NCBI GenBank assembly: GCA_049802835.1 | Contig: JBARNF010000618.1 | Span: forward strand, 1 to 50,325 | Direction of reading: 5' to 3' | From: Bradyrhizobium sp. | GTDB taxonomy: Bacteria > Pseudomonadota > Alphaproteobacteria > Rhizobiales > Xanthobacteraceae | DNA: 50,325 nucleotides | In this document: piece by piece, positions 22,881 through 32,400 of the stretch | Layout of the letters: every line of letters begins with the position of its first letter | Numbering within the stretch: position 1 is the stretch's first letter | Position numbers and translations under genes: made by a program | Notes under the pieces: model-generated | Told to the model about the DNA's origin: nothing | The model's database searches: none | What the model saw: only the letters and a program-made list of their open reading frames with translations

Positions 22881-23107
22881 GGCCTGTCCTCCCTCTGTCG
22901 TGTCCTCGTCCTGACGGACGCGTTGCGTCCGCCGGAATCGCGCGCGGGCTCTGTTAGCGGCCCGTCGTCGCGATCGTCAGCTAGCAAGATGATGGAGGAT
23001 TCGTCTTGCGTCTATCCCGAGCTTGCCGGTGCAAGGGGGTACATTTGCCGCAGGCGGGATGCGTAGAGCATGAGAGACAATTCGATTTCGGCAGATTTCT
23101 GGTGAGC

Positions 23108-23120
23108 TAAGTCATTGATT
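23108..23120 (-). promoter_or_regulatory. IHF consensus site centred in an imperfect palindrome
   Basis: Minus strand AATCAATGACTTA = WATCAANNNNTTR; flanked by cgatttcggca (23083-23093) and tgccgaaaatcg (23128-23139). Confidence 0.5.
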
Positions 23121-23164
23121 TGACTCGTGCCGAAAATCGCAAAAGTCGAAAGATTCACAGCCTC

Positions 23165-23301
23165 GTAGGGTGGGCAAAGCGGCCGCCGCAGGCGGCGGCG
23201 TGCCCACCGTGCATCCACGCACTCATCACGAAGATGGTGGGCACGGCGCCATATCGATCTCGCGCGTGGAGGGGGCACGGCAGCGCCTTTGCCCACCCTA
23301 C
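23165..23301. repeat. GTAG-tagged REP doublet (family E)
   Basis: gtagggtgggcaaag...cgtgcccacc ... ggtgggcacggcgcc...gcctttgcccaccctac; second copy at 26514-26652. Confidence 0.9.
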
Positions 23302-23317
23302 CGCTCATACGGACTAA

Positions 23318-23815
23318 TCATCTGCCCGTCGGGTTACTTTGTCGCAGTCATTAGTCCTTGCGCCGTCGGGCAAATCAGGACGATCTTTCCGCGCATCCCG
23401 CCTCGAGATGAGGGGCGTATCGCGGTCGTCACGGCACGCGGGGCGGGGAGCGGTGGGCGTGTGGGATTGCAGCGTGAGGTCTCCTTGCGCGGACGAACAA
23501 TTCTGCACGCACGGTCAAGTCGCGCGGTCCTGATATCCCGACGCTGATATCACCCCTGTATCGACGCTCGCGCGTGGTGCAGGGGATGGTGGCCAGAAAG
23601 CCCGGCGCACCAGGGAGAACGCGAAGCAGCCGTTCAACCATCGCGCAGGGAGGGCCGGGTTTCCGGCTGACCTGTGGTACCTGCCGCCTGCATTTTTTTC
23701 GCAGGCGGGCCACGGGCCTCAGTCGAGGTCCGGCCTTCCCTGCGCCCTCTGTTTGAAGAGGGCGGTTCGATCAGCAAAACTCGGGCAGATCTTGTCGCGA
23801 GATCGCGAGCTCACA
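23318..23815. other. Long, highly base-paired non-coding element (candidate structured RNA or dispersed repeat)
   Basis: No credible ORF; multiple helices, e.g. 23397-23405/23439-23447, 23531-23537/23546-23552, 23553-23562/23576-23585, 23643-23658/23730-23745, 23684-23691/23701-23708. Boundaries approximate. Confidence 0.55.
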
Positions 23816-24027
23816 TCCGCATGAATGCCGTGACGGTCACGCGTTGCGACGTCGACCACGATCGTGAAGCGATGCTGTCATAGTCGCTAATGCGCGATAA
23901 CCATGGAACCACTTAAAACTGTCACAATTGCTGCCCGCGAGGCGCGAAGCCTATCAATTTACAGCTCATTAAAGCCGTGTCTGCTTCAGATACCGCTGGG
24001 ACCGACAGGGTGGCGATTGAGTAGAAA

Positions 24028-26502
24028 ATGATGAGTGCTGCGAAGAACAAGGCGTCAACGACGATCAGCAGCGATCTCTTTGACGACATTCCGGTGCTCA
24101 GGCGCAAATGGCAGGCTGCGTTGAGGCCGGGCCAGCGCCTGCCGCGCTACGAGGACGTCATGCTGGGCAGCCTCGGCCGTCTCGCCGATCATATCGCAGT
24201 GCTCAACAACGAGGATGGCCGCCTGCAGATTTCGCGCAGCGGGCGCTACGTCCAGCAATGGCTGCAGGACGAGCGCTGGGACATTGCCGTCGAAGCCGTG
24301 TCGCCGGATTGCGCCACCGTGCTGGTGGAGGCCGCCAATTGCGCGCTCGCCAGTGGCCAGCCGTATCTCGCCAATGCGCATTGCGTGCGCGACGGCATGG
24401 TCCGCACCTACGACGTCCTGGCGCTGCCGACCAATTCGCGGTGGGGCAGCACGCTCGTCGGCACCTATGTCAACGAGCGCGCTACGCAATACAATCTGCT
24501 CGACGCGATCTTCTCGACGACGGACGACGGCGTCGTCTCGCTCGCGACCATCCGCGACAGCACGGGAGCGCCGAGCGACTTCCAGGTCGTCCATCACAAT
24601 CGCGCGGCGGCCGACCTGCTCCGGCTGCCGTCGGCGACCCTGCAATGGCATCGGCTGAAGCAGGGCGGCAACATGCTGTGCACGCCCGAAGTGATGACGC
24701 GGCTGTTCGACGTCGTGACGCATGGCGGAAGCGACCAGTTCGAGCTCGACAGCGAAGCGCGCAACCTCAAGCTTGGCGCCCATGCGTTCGGTGACATCGT
24801 CTCGCTGACCATCGCCGACGTCACGGCGCTGAAGCGGCGTGAAGCTTCGTTCCGGCTGCTGTTCGATGCCAATCCGATGCCGATGTGCATCCTCGACCGC
24901 ACGACAGCACAGTTCCTCAATGTCAACGACGCGCTGGTCCGGCACTATGGCTATGGCCGGGCGGACTTCCTGCGCAGGAGCGTGTGGGATCTGTGGCCGC
25001 CGGGCGAATGGGAAACGCTGGACGACGCGCTCTTGCGGCTCGCCGATAGCGATGAGTTTCACCGCGACTGGCGCCATCGCAAGGCCGATGGCAGCGAGAT
25101 CGAGGTGCTGACCTACGGACGTGAGATCACCTTCGATGGCCGCGACGGCGTGCTGGTCGCCATCGTCGACATCACCGAGCGCCGCCGCGCCGAGGCACGC
25201 ATTGCCTACATGGCGCATCATGACGGCCTGACCGGCCTGCCGAACCGTGAGTTCTTCCAGCAGCGCCTGACGCAGGAGCTCGATGGCGCCGCTTCAGGAG
25301 CCAAGCGCATCGCGGTGATGTGCATCGATCTCGATCTGTTCAAGACCATCAACGATTCCTTCGGCCATCCGATGGGCGACCGGCTGCTGCAGGCGGTCGC
25401 GGGCCGCCTCCGGCAGCAGATGCATGGCGGCCATCTGGCGGCGCGGCTGGGCGGTGACGAGTTTGCCGCGATCATCGGTCAGACCGGCGCGGATGATGCG
25501 AGCGAGCGTGCGGCCCGCCTGATCGCGACGCTCAGCGCGCCCTATGACATCGACGGCAACGAGCTCGTGATCGGTGCCTCCATCGGCATTGCGATCTCTC
25601 CGGGTGATGGCGCGAGCTGCGAGGAGCTGATGAAGAACGCCGACATGGCGCTGTATCGCGCCAAGCAGGACGGCGGCCGCGTGCATCGCTTCTTCGAGAA
25701 GGAGATGGATCGCCAGGCGCAGAAGCGGCGCGACATGGAGCATGATTTGCGTCGCGCCTTTGCGCATGGCGAGTTCGAGCTGCACTATCAGCCGCTGGTC
25801 GACGTCGCCACCAACGCCATCTCCGCCTTTGAATGCCTGCTGCGCTGGCACCACCCGGACAAGGGCATGATCTCGCCGGCGGACTTCATCCCCGTCGCGG
25901 AGGATATCGGGCTGATCGTGCCGCTCGGCGAATGGGTGCTGCGCGAGGCCTGCCACGAGGCGGCGAAATGGCCCGATGGCATCAAGGTCGCGGTGAACCT
26001 CTCGGCCGTCCAGTTCCGCAGCCGCAACCTGGTGCAGGTGGTGGTCCATGCACTGGCGCAGTCGGCGCTGGCGCCGGAGCGGCTCGAGCTGGAGATCACC
26101 GAGTCGATCCTGCTGGCCGAGACCGAGGCCAATCTTGCGACCTTGCATCAGCTGCGCCGGCTCGGCATCCGCATCTCGATGGATGATTTCGGCACCGGCT
26201 ATTCCAGCCTCAGCTATCTCAGAAGCTTCCCGTTCGACAAGATCAAGATCGACCGCTCCTTCGTGAAGGACCTCGCGCAGCGCTCCGACTGCGTCGCCAT
26301 CGTCCGCGCGATTGCCGGGCTTGGCCGTAGCCTCAACATCACGACCACGGCCGAGGGTGTCGAGACGGCCGACCAGCTCGACTGGCTGCGCGCCGAAGGC
26401 TGCAACCAGGTCCAGGGCTTCCTGTTCAGCGCGGCGCGGCCGGCCTCCGAGATCGCGGGTCTCTTGGCACGGTTCGGCACGCGATCGTCGAAGGCGGCTT
26501 GA
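24028..26502 (+). CDS. PAS-GGDEF-EAL diguanylate cyclase/phosphodiesterase
   Basis: PAS (LFDANPMPM, HRKADGSEIEV), HDGLTGLPNR, ARLGGDEF, FECLLRW, DDFGTGYSSL, AEGVET, QGFLF. Confidence 0.95.
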   Translation: MMSAAKNKASTTISSDLFDDIPVLRRKWQAALRPGQRLPRYEDVMLGSLGRLADHIAVLNNEDGRLQISRSGRYVQQWLQDERWDIAVEAVSPDCATVLVEAANCALASGQPYLANAHCVRDGMVRTYDVLALPTNSRWGSTLVGTYVNERATQYNLLDAIFSTTDDGVVSLATIRDSTGAPSDFQVVHHNRAAADLLRLPSATLQWHRLKQGGNMLCTPEVMTRLFDVVTHGGSDQFELDSEARNLKLGAHAFGDIVSLTIADVTALKRREASFRLLFDANPMPMCILDRTTAQFLNVNDALVRHYGYGRADFLRRSVWDLWPPGEWETLDDALLRLADSDEFHRDWRHRKADGSEIEVLTYGREITFDGRDGVLVAIVDITERRRAEARIAYMAHHDGLTGLPNREFFQQRLTQELDGAASGAKRIAVMCIDLDLFKTINDSFGHPMGDRLLQAVAGRLRQQMHGGHLAARLGGDEFAAIIGQTGADDASERAARLIATLSAPYDIDGNELVIGASIGIAISPGDGASCEELMKNADMALYRAKQDGGRVHRFFEKEMDRQAQKRRDMEHDLRRAFAHGEFELHYQPLVDVATNAISAFECLLRWHHPDKGMISPADFIPVAEDIGLIVPLGEWVLREACHEAAKWPDGIKVAVNLSAVQFRSRNLVQVVVHALAQSALAPERLELEITESILLAETEANLATLHQLRRLGIRISMDDFGTGYSSLSYLRSFPFDKIKIDRSFVKDLAQRSDCVAIVRAIAGLGRSLNITTTAEGVETADQLDWLRAEGCNQVQGFLFSAARPASEIAGLLARFGTRSSKAA

Positions 26503-26513
26503 CGATGAGGCGG

Positions 26514-26652
26514 GTAGGGTGGGCAAAGCCGCCGCCGAAGGCGGCAGCGTGCCCACCGTCTGGCCGCGCATTCCGCTGCTACACGGTGGGCACGGCGCCA
26601 CGGCGATCTCGCATTGGGGAAACAGTACGGCCTGCGCCTTTGCCCACTCTAC
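26514..26652. repeat. GTAG-tagged REP doublet (family E)
   Basis: gtagggtgggcaaagcc...gcgtgcccacc ... ggtgggcacggcgcc...gcgcctttgcccactctac. Confidence 0.9.
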
Positions 26653-26674
26653 AAGACGGCCACGGCGCGCGCGC

Positions 26675-27238
26675 TCAGAACCTTGTCACGATATCCGCCA
26701 GCGCCGGCCGTGGGCGATCCTCGCTCGGCTTGGTCGGCTTGCCCACATGAATCAGTCCGGCGAGCTTCTCGTCGGCCTTCAGCCCGAGCCCATCCATCAC
26801 GTCGCGGTCGAACATGAACCAGCCGGACAGCCAGCAGCCGCCATAGCCGAGCGCGGTCGCCGCGGTCAGGATGTTCATGGCGCTGGCGCCGGCGGACAGC
26901 TCCTGCTCGTAGGCCGGCACCTTGGGATGCGGCTTGGTGAAGCTCACCAGCCCGATCACCAGCGGCGCTTCCATGAAGCGGTTCTTCTCGATCTCGATCT
27001 CGGCGGCGCCGGCCTGCGGGTTCTTCTTGGCGAAGACCGCGGCGATGACCTCGCCGGCGCGGCGGCGGCCGTCACCCTCGAACACGATGAAGCGCCAGGG
27101 CGCGAGCTTGCCGTGGTCGGGCACGCGGGCGCCGATGGTCAGGATGGTGTCGAGCTCGGCGGGCGAGGGCCCGGGGCCGCTCATCTCGCGCGGCTTCACC
27201 GAGCGGCGGGTCTTCAACAGTTCAATCGCGTCGGGCAC
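26675..27238 (-). CDS. Nitroreductase family protein (YdjA-like)
   Basis: LLKTRRSV, RVPDHGKLAPWRF, EQELSAGA, GYGGCWLS; GTG start at 27238. Confidence 0.9.
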   Translation of the reverse strand: MPDAIELLKTRRSVKPREMSGPGPSPAELDTILTIGARVPDHGKLAPWRFIVFEGDGRRRAGEVIAAVFAKKNPQAGAAEIEIEKNRFMEAPLVIGLVSFTKPHPKVPAYEQELSAGASAMNILTAATALGYGGCWLSGWFMFDRDVMDGLGLKADEKLAGLIHVGKPTKPSEDRPRPALADIVTRF

Positions 27239-27548
27239 GTCGTGACTTCTCGTTCGTTGCATGCGCGACAGATAGCATGCGGGCTTGCCTGCAACGAGGC
27301 CACGGCACGGCGTTTTGATCGGTTCTACCGCCTCGCACTGGGGATGGCGGGGCGTGACGGTCCCGCCGCAAGCGCCGCCGGTGCCGGCGCGAGGCGGCGC
27401 GGGCATCGCCCGCTGGCTGCGGCGATCTGTCCAAATCGTGGTTTTGCGGCAGAATTGTCGAACCTGCGGCGTACCGGTAAAAACATAATGCCGAGAGGTC
27501 CCGGCCCGGCGGCCGGCCAGACCTGCCGTCCAGACCTGCCGTGGAGTG

Positions 27549-28457
27549 ATGGCCCTGACACCTTTGCCTGACGCCGTGAACCGGATGCGCAGCCATCCCG
27601 GCTTTGCCGCGGCGATGCGGACATCGGCGGCGAGCGCCGTTGCGCTCTATCGCGGCGACCGCATCCTGAACGCGCTGTTGAGCGACCGTGCGCGCGCGCT
27701 TATTCCGCACGTTGCGCTGTATCTGCACTTCGCGGAGGAGCGTGACGGCGGGCTCGGTCTGACGGTCGGCGCGATGAAGGAGATGTGCGTCAGGCTGGAG
27801 CTGTGCAGCCCCGGGCGCTGCGAGGCCATGCTGGCGCTGATGCGCGCCGTTGGTCTGCTGGCAGCAATCCCCCATCTCGGCCGCCGGCGCCGGCCGCTGG
27901 TGCCGACCGACAAGCTGGTCCGGCTGCACAAGGATCGGTGGGGCGCACAGTTCGACGCGATGAGCGCGGTGATTCCAGCCGCAATGGCCTATCGGGCCGC
28001 GCTGAGCGATCCGGCCTTCATCAAGACCTTCGTGCTCGAGCTCGGCCGCCGTTTCATCGCCGGCCTGCGGATGCTCGAGAGCGCACCCGAGCTGGAGCCG
28101 TTTGCCGAGCGCACCGCCGGCATGGTGATCCTGTTCAGCCTGGCGCTCGGTGGTGGGGTGGACCATCCGTTCCCGCCGGATGGCCCGGTACCGCTCTCCA
28201 TCAATGGACTGGCGACGCGCTTCTCGGTGTCGCGCAAGCACGTACTCACCTTGCTGCGCGACGCCGAAGAGAAGGGGCTGCTGGCCCGCGGTGGCACCCG
28301 CAACGACGTACTCACCATCCTGCGGCCCGGCCGCGAGGCGATCGAGCGGATGCTCGCGACGATGTTTCTCTATATGGCCGAATGCGCCGAGGTGGCGCTG
28401 CAGGCAGCGGGTCGGGAGGGGAGGGCGACGGATGCCGTGGCCAGCTTGTCGGCGTAA
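27549..28457 (+). CDS. Hypothetical protein with probable winged-helix (MarR-like) segments
   Basis: Long ORF with GGAG RBS; C-terminal SINGLATRFSVSRKHVLTLLRDAEEKGLL is HTH-like. Confidence 0.65.
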   Translation: MALTPLPDAVNRMRSHPGFAAAMRTSAASAVALYRGDRILNALLSDRARALIPHVALYLHFAEERDGGLGLTVGAMKEMCVRLELCSPGRCEAMLALMRAVGLLAAIPHLGRRRRPLVPTDKLVRLHKDRWGAQFDAMSAVIPAAMAYRAALSDPAFIKTFVLELGRRFIAGLRMLESAPELEPFAERTAGMVILFSLALGGGVDHPFPPDGPVPLSINGLATRFSVSRKHVLTLLRDAEEKGLLARGGTRNDVLTILRPGREAIERMLATMFLYMAECAEVALQAAGREGRATDAVASLSA

Positions 28458-28464
28458 CGGAAGC

Positions 28465-28534
28465 GTAGCCCGGGTGAGCGCAGGCGACACCCGGGGACAC
28501 TGTCCCCGCATGTCGCTTCGCTCATGCGGGCTGC
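28465..28534. repeat. GTAG-tagged REP doublet (family F)
   Basis: gtagcccgggtgagcgcaggcgacacccgggg ... ccccgcatgtcgcttcgctcatgcgggctgc, between convergent stops. Confidence 0.8.
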
Positions 28535-28548
28535 GATCTGCCGTCCGC

Positions 28549-30651
28549 TCAGGCCGCCTCGCGCTGACGGCGCCGCACGTCCGGCGGCGTCGCCTCGTCG
28601 ACCAAGGCGGCGATGGCCTCCGCGGTCGGCAGCACGGTCTGGCCGTCGCGGCCGAGCCGGCGCACGGAGACCGAATGCGTCTCGGCCTCCTTCTTGCCGA
28701 CCACGAGCAGCGCTGGGATCTTCTGCAGCGAGTGCTCGCGGACCTTGTAGTTGATCTTCTCGTTGCGCAGGTCGATCTCGCACCTCAAGCCCGCACGCCG
28801 CAACGCCGCCAGCACCTGCTTGGCGTATTCATCGCCTTCGGAGGTGATGGTGGTGACCACGACCTGCGTCGGCGCCAGCCACAGCGGGAAGCTGCCGGCA
28901 TAGTGCTCGATCAGGATGCCGATGAACCGCTCCATCGAGCCGCAGATCGCGCGATGGACCATCACCGGCGCCTTCTTGGCGCCGTCGGCATCGATGTAGA
29001 ACGCGCCGAACCGCTCCGGCAGGTTGAAGTCGACCTGCGTGGTACCGCACTGCCAGTCGCGGCCGATGGCGTCGCGCAGCACATATTCGAACTTCGGCCC
29101 GTAGAACGCGCCTTCGCCCGGATTGATCTCGGTGCGGATGTGGTTGCTCTGCGCCTTGATCTCGTTCAGCACGGTGGCCATCACGCGCTCGGCGTGATCC
29201 CACATCTCATCGGTGCCGACGCGCTTGTCCGGCCGGGTCGACAGCTTCACCGTCAGCTCGCCCTCGAAGCCGAAATCCGAGTAGGTCGAGAGGATCAGAT
29301 CGTTGATCTTCAGGCACTCGTCCGCCAGCTGGTCCTCGGTGCAGAACACATGCGCGTCGTCCTGGGTAAAGCCGCGCACGCGCATCAGGCCGTGCATCGC
29401 ACCGGAGGCCTCGTAGCGATGTACCACGCCGAACTCCGCGAGCCGCAACGGCAGATCGCGGTAGCTCTTCAGGCCGTGCTTGAAGATCTGCACATGGCCC
29501 GGGCAATTCATCGGCTTCAGCGCAAACCAGCGCTTGTCCTCGGCCTCGTCGCCCGCGGACTGCGCCGCGAACATGTTCTCGCGGTACCAGTTCCAATGGC
29601 CGGAGGTCTCCCACAGCGACTTGTCGAGGATCTGCGGCGCATTCACCTCGTCATAGTCGCCGGCGAGACGCCGGCGCATGTAGGCGATCAGCGCCTGGAA
29701 GATGCTCCAGCCCTTGGGGTGCCAGAACACGACGCCCGGGCCTTCCTCCTGGAAGTGGAACAAATCGAGCTCGCGGCCGAGCTTGCGATGGTCGCGCTTC
29801 TCGGCCTCCTCGATCTGCCTGAGGTAGGCGTCGAGCTGCTCCTGCTTGGCGAAGGCGGTGCCGTAGATGCGGGTCAGCATCGGGTTGTTGGAATCGCCGC
29901 GCCAATAGGCGCCCGCCACCTTCATCAGCTTGAAGGCGTTGCCGATCTTGCCGGTCGAGGTCATGTGCGGACCGCGGCACAGGTCGAACCAGTCGCCCTG
30001 ATAGTAGATCTTGATCGGCTCCTGGCCCGGAATCGCGTCGACCAGCTCGACCTTGAAGGCCTCGCCCTTGTCGCGGAACACCTGCTTGGTCTTCTCGCGG
30101 TCCCACACCTCCTTGGTGAAGGGTTTGTCGCGGCCGATGATCTCGCGCATCTTCTTCTCGATCGCGGCGAAATCCTCCGGGGTGAACGGCTCGTTGCGGA
30201 AGAAGTCGTAGTAGAAGCCGTTCTCGATCACCGGACCGATCGTGACCTGGGTGCCCGGCCACAGCGCCTGAACGGCTTCGGCGAGCACATGCGCGCAGTC
30301 GTGCCGGATCAGCTCGAGCGCGCGGGAATCGTCGCGGTCGACGAATTCGAGCCTGGCATCCTCGGTGATGGGGTCGTTGAGGTCGGCGAGCCCGCCGTCG
30401 AGCGCCATCGCCACGGTGCGCTTGGCGAGCGAGGGCGAGATGCCCTTGGCGATATCGAGGCCGGTGGTGCCTCTCGGATATTCGCGCTTGGCGCCGTCGG
30501 GGAAGGCAATGATGACCTTGTCGACCGGGGCGGCGGGCTTCAAATTGCTGAGGCTGTAGTGGAAGCCGGATTCGGCTTTCGGCTGTTCGGACTTTGACGG
30601 GTCGGATTTGGACGGGTCAGATTTGGACAGGTCGGATTTGGAATCAGGCAT
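28549..30651 (-). CDS. thrS: Threonine--tRNA ligase
   Basis: TGS domain, [72 protein letters not shown] at 30663-30658. Confidence 0.98.
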   Translation of the reverse strand: MPDSKSDLSKSDPSKSDPSKSEQPKAESGFHYSLSNLKPAAPVDKVIIAFPDGAKREYPRGTTGLDIAKGISPSLAKRTVAMALDGGLADLNDPITEDARLEFVDRDDSRALELIRHDCAHVLAEAVQALWPGTQVTIGPVIENGFYYDFFRNEPFTPEDFAAIEKKMREIIGRDKPFTKEVWDREKTKQVFRDKGEAFKVELVDAIPGQEPIKIYYQGDWFDLCRGPHMTSTGKIGNAFKLMKVAGAYWRGDSNNPMLTRIYGTAFAKQEQLDAYLRQIEEAEKRDHRKLGRELDLFHFQEEGPGVVFWHPKGWSIFQALIAYMRRRLAGDYDEVNAPQILDKSLWETSGHWNWYRENMFAAQSAGDEAEDKRWFALKPMNCPGHVQIFKHGLKSYRDLPLRLAEFGVVHRYEASGAMHGLMRVRGFTQDDAHVFCTEDQLADECLKINDLILSTYSDFGFEGELTVKLSTRPDKRVGTDEMWDHAERVMATVLNEIKAQSNHIRTEINPGEGAFYGPKFEYVLRDAIGRDWQCGTTQVDFNLPERFGAFYIDADGAKKAPVMVHRAICGSMERFIGILIEHYAGSFPLWLAPTQVVVTTITSEGDEYAKQVLAALRRAGLRCEIDLRNEKINYKVREHSLQKIPALLVVGKKEAETHSVSVRRLGRDGQTVLPTAEAIAALVDEATPPDVRRRQREAA

Positions 30652-30665
30652 GGATCTCTCCTTGA

Positions 30666-30695
30666 GCTCACTCCTGCGAACGAGCGCAGGTAAGC
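30666..30695 (-). promoter_or_regulatory. thrS leader hairpin with CGU-containing loop (putative translational operator)
   Basis: mRNA GCUUA-CCUGCG-CUCGUU-CGCAGG-AGUGAGC directly 5' of the SD. Confidence 0.5.
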
Positions 30696-30849
30696 GGGAG
30701 CAAGGGGTATAGCAGGGGATTCGGAGGCTGCAACCGGGCAAAGGACGGGAAAACCGGCCGTTTGCGCCAGCAGGCGCGTTGCGGAGATTGCTGCAGTCGG
30801 CCGGTATGATACAACTTCAAGTGTTCGGGGGCGTGGGGACGCGTTGGCG

Positions 30850-32265
30850 ATGGTGTGTGCAGGGGAGGCGCCGCTCTCTCTTTACTTCCGGCGTGGCGGT
30901 ATTCGGGTTGCAGCCGTGCTGCTTGCGCTCGTGCTGCCGAGCGGTCAGTCCGTTGCGGCTGTGCCGACGACGTCCAAGCCGGGGAATCCCAAGCTTTCGA
31001 TTTTCAGGCCAGCCCAGCAGGGGAAACCGGCGACACAAGCCAGGCCGGCGACGCTGGCCAAGCCTGCGGCCCGTCCTGCGCAGCCATCGCCGCGGATCGG
31101 CGATGGCTTTGCGCCGATTGCGTTCGCCCTCGTCAGAGGCCCGTCCGACGCCTGCGGCCCGGGCTGCGACAGCTGGATCGCAGCCGAAGGCAAGATCGAT
31201 GGCGGAGCGGCTGCGCGCTTTCGCAAGTTCATGAAGCAGATCGGCGACCGCAAGCTGCCGATTTATTTCAACTCGCCGGGTGGCAATCTCGAACAGGCGC
31301 TCGCCATCGGCACCATGCTGCGCGAGCGGAAGGCGGCCGTGCGGGTGGGGCGCACCACGTTGCGCGAATGCGGCTTCGAGCCTCAGGAGGGCGAGGTCTG
31401 CACCAAGCTCAAGCTCTCCGCGCGCGAGCTGCATGGCGAGGTCTGGACGCGGGGCGCGGTGTGCAATTCGGCCTGTCCCTACATCATTCTCGGCGGCACG
31501 GCCCGCGAGATCGCGCCGGACGCGACGCTCGCGGTGCATTCGCCGCGCGTGATCCTGAATTTCACCGGCGGCGTGCCGACCCGCGAGATGCGGGCGCAGG
31601 CGCTGCAACAGGCCATGGCGCGATCCGATCGCATGGTGCTCGACCACATCACCAAACTCGGCGCGGACCCCGCGCTGCTCACGGCGGCGCGATCCGTTCC
31701 GTTCGAGAGCATGCGCATCCTGACGCGGGAGGAGATCGCGCGCTTCGCGCTCGACCGGCGCGACCGGGTCGATAGTCCCTGGATGTTCGAGGCTGCCAAT
31801 CGCGGTATCGCGTACAAGACCATTCTGGCCCGCAAGGAGGGCGAGACGTCTTTCGGCACGACGCGCTTTCAACTCGTCTGCTTCGATCAGAATCGCTTCG
31901 AACTCGATGTCGAGCGCAACGTGCCGTCCGGCTCCGGACATGCGTCCCTTGCGATGGTCGGCGGAGATCTCAGGCTGAACTTTCTGTCGCCGCCGCGCCG
32001 CTCGGGCGGTCGCGAGACGTGGGGCGTTTTTCTCGACGGCGGTCAGGTGAGGGCGTTGGCATTGACCAGGATGGCCGAGCTGACCGACGGCCCCTCGAAC
32101 GTTGCGCGTCCCGATGGCGTGCCATTCCCGGTCGCAAGCGAGGGCCTGCAAAGCGCTTTGAAGATGCTGACGGACACCTGTCCGCCAGCCAAGGTCGCTA
32201 CTCAGCCTGTGATCGCGCCCGTGCCCTGGCAGCAGGTTCCATGGCCGCAGGCCTCCGCGCGCTGA
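30850..32265 (+). CDS. Exported protein with ClpP/crotonase-like (COG3904-type) domain
   Basis: WIAAEGKID, FNSPGGNLEQALAIG, CNSACPYIILGG..R, LAVH; signal-like segment; start uncertain. Confidence 0.7.
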   Translation: MVCAGEAPLSLYFRRGGIRVAAVLLALVLPSGQSVAAVPTTSKPGNPKLSIFRPAQQGKPATQARPATLAKPAARPAQPSPRIGDGFAPIAFALVRGPSDACGPGCDSWIAAEGKIDGGAAARFRKFMKQIGDRKLPIYFNSPGGNLEQALAIGTMLRERKAAVRVGRTTLRECGFEPQEGEVCTKLKLSARELHGEVWTRGAVCNSACPYIILGGTAREIAPDATLAVHSPRVILNFTGGVPTREMRAQALQQAMARSDRMVLDHITKLGADPALLTAARSVPFESMRILTREEIARFALDRRDRVDSPWMFEAANRGIAYKTILARKEGETSFGTTRFQLVCFDQNRFELDVERNVPSGSGHASLAMVGGDLRLNFLSPPRRSGGRETWGVFLDGGQVRALALTRMAELTDGPSNVARPDGVPFPVASEGLQSALKMLTDTCPPAKVATQPVIAPVPWQQVPWPQASAR

Positions 32266-32276
32266 TGCGGCCGAGG

Positions 32277-32340
32277 ATGCCGACAGCAGAAAATGCGAAC
32301 AAGGGAAATGCCGACGCAGAAAATGCCGACGCAGAAAATG
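32277..32340 (+). repeat. Intergenic 15-bp tandem repeat (ATGCCGACGCAGAAA, about 4 units)
   Basis: Units 32277-32292, 32293-32307 (degenerate), 32308-32322 and 32323-32337 (identical). Confidence 0.8.
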
Positions 32341-32354
32341 TCATGGGCAGCATG

Positions 32355-32386
32355 AGACATTTTCATGCAGATGCATGAAAATGTCT
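32355..32386. promoter_or_regulatory. Perfect 15-bp inverted repeat, probable repressor operator of the MFS gene
   Basis: agacattttcatgca-ga-tgcatgaaaatgtct, ending 14 bp before the ATG at 32401. Confidence 0.6.
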
Positions 32387-32400
32387 GCTATGGAGGCGGC

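Noticed and set aside
23120..23883. Short ORFs over the 23.1-23.9 kb intergenic region
   Set aside because: They translate REP and structured-element sequence, and have no convincing RBS or domain motifs.
23830..24027. c-di-GMP riboswitch upstream of the GGDEF-EAL gene
   Set aside because: No recognisable class I or II consensus by eye.
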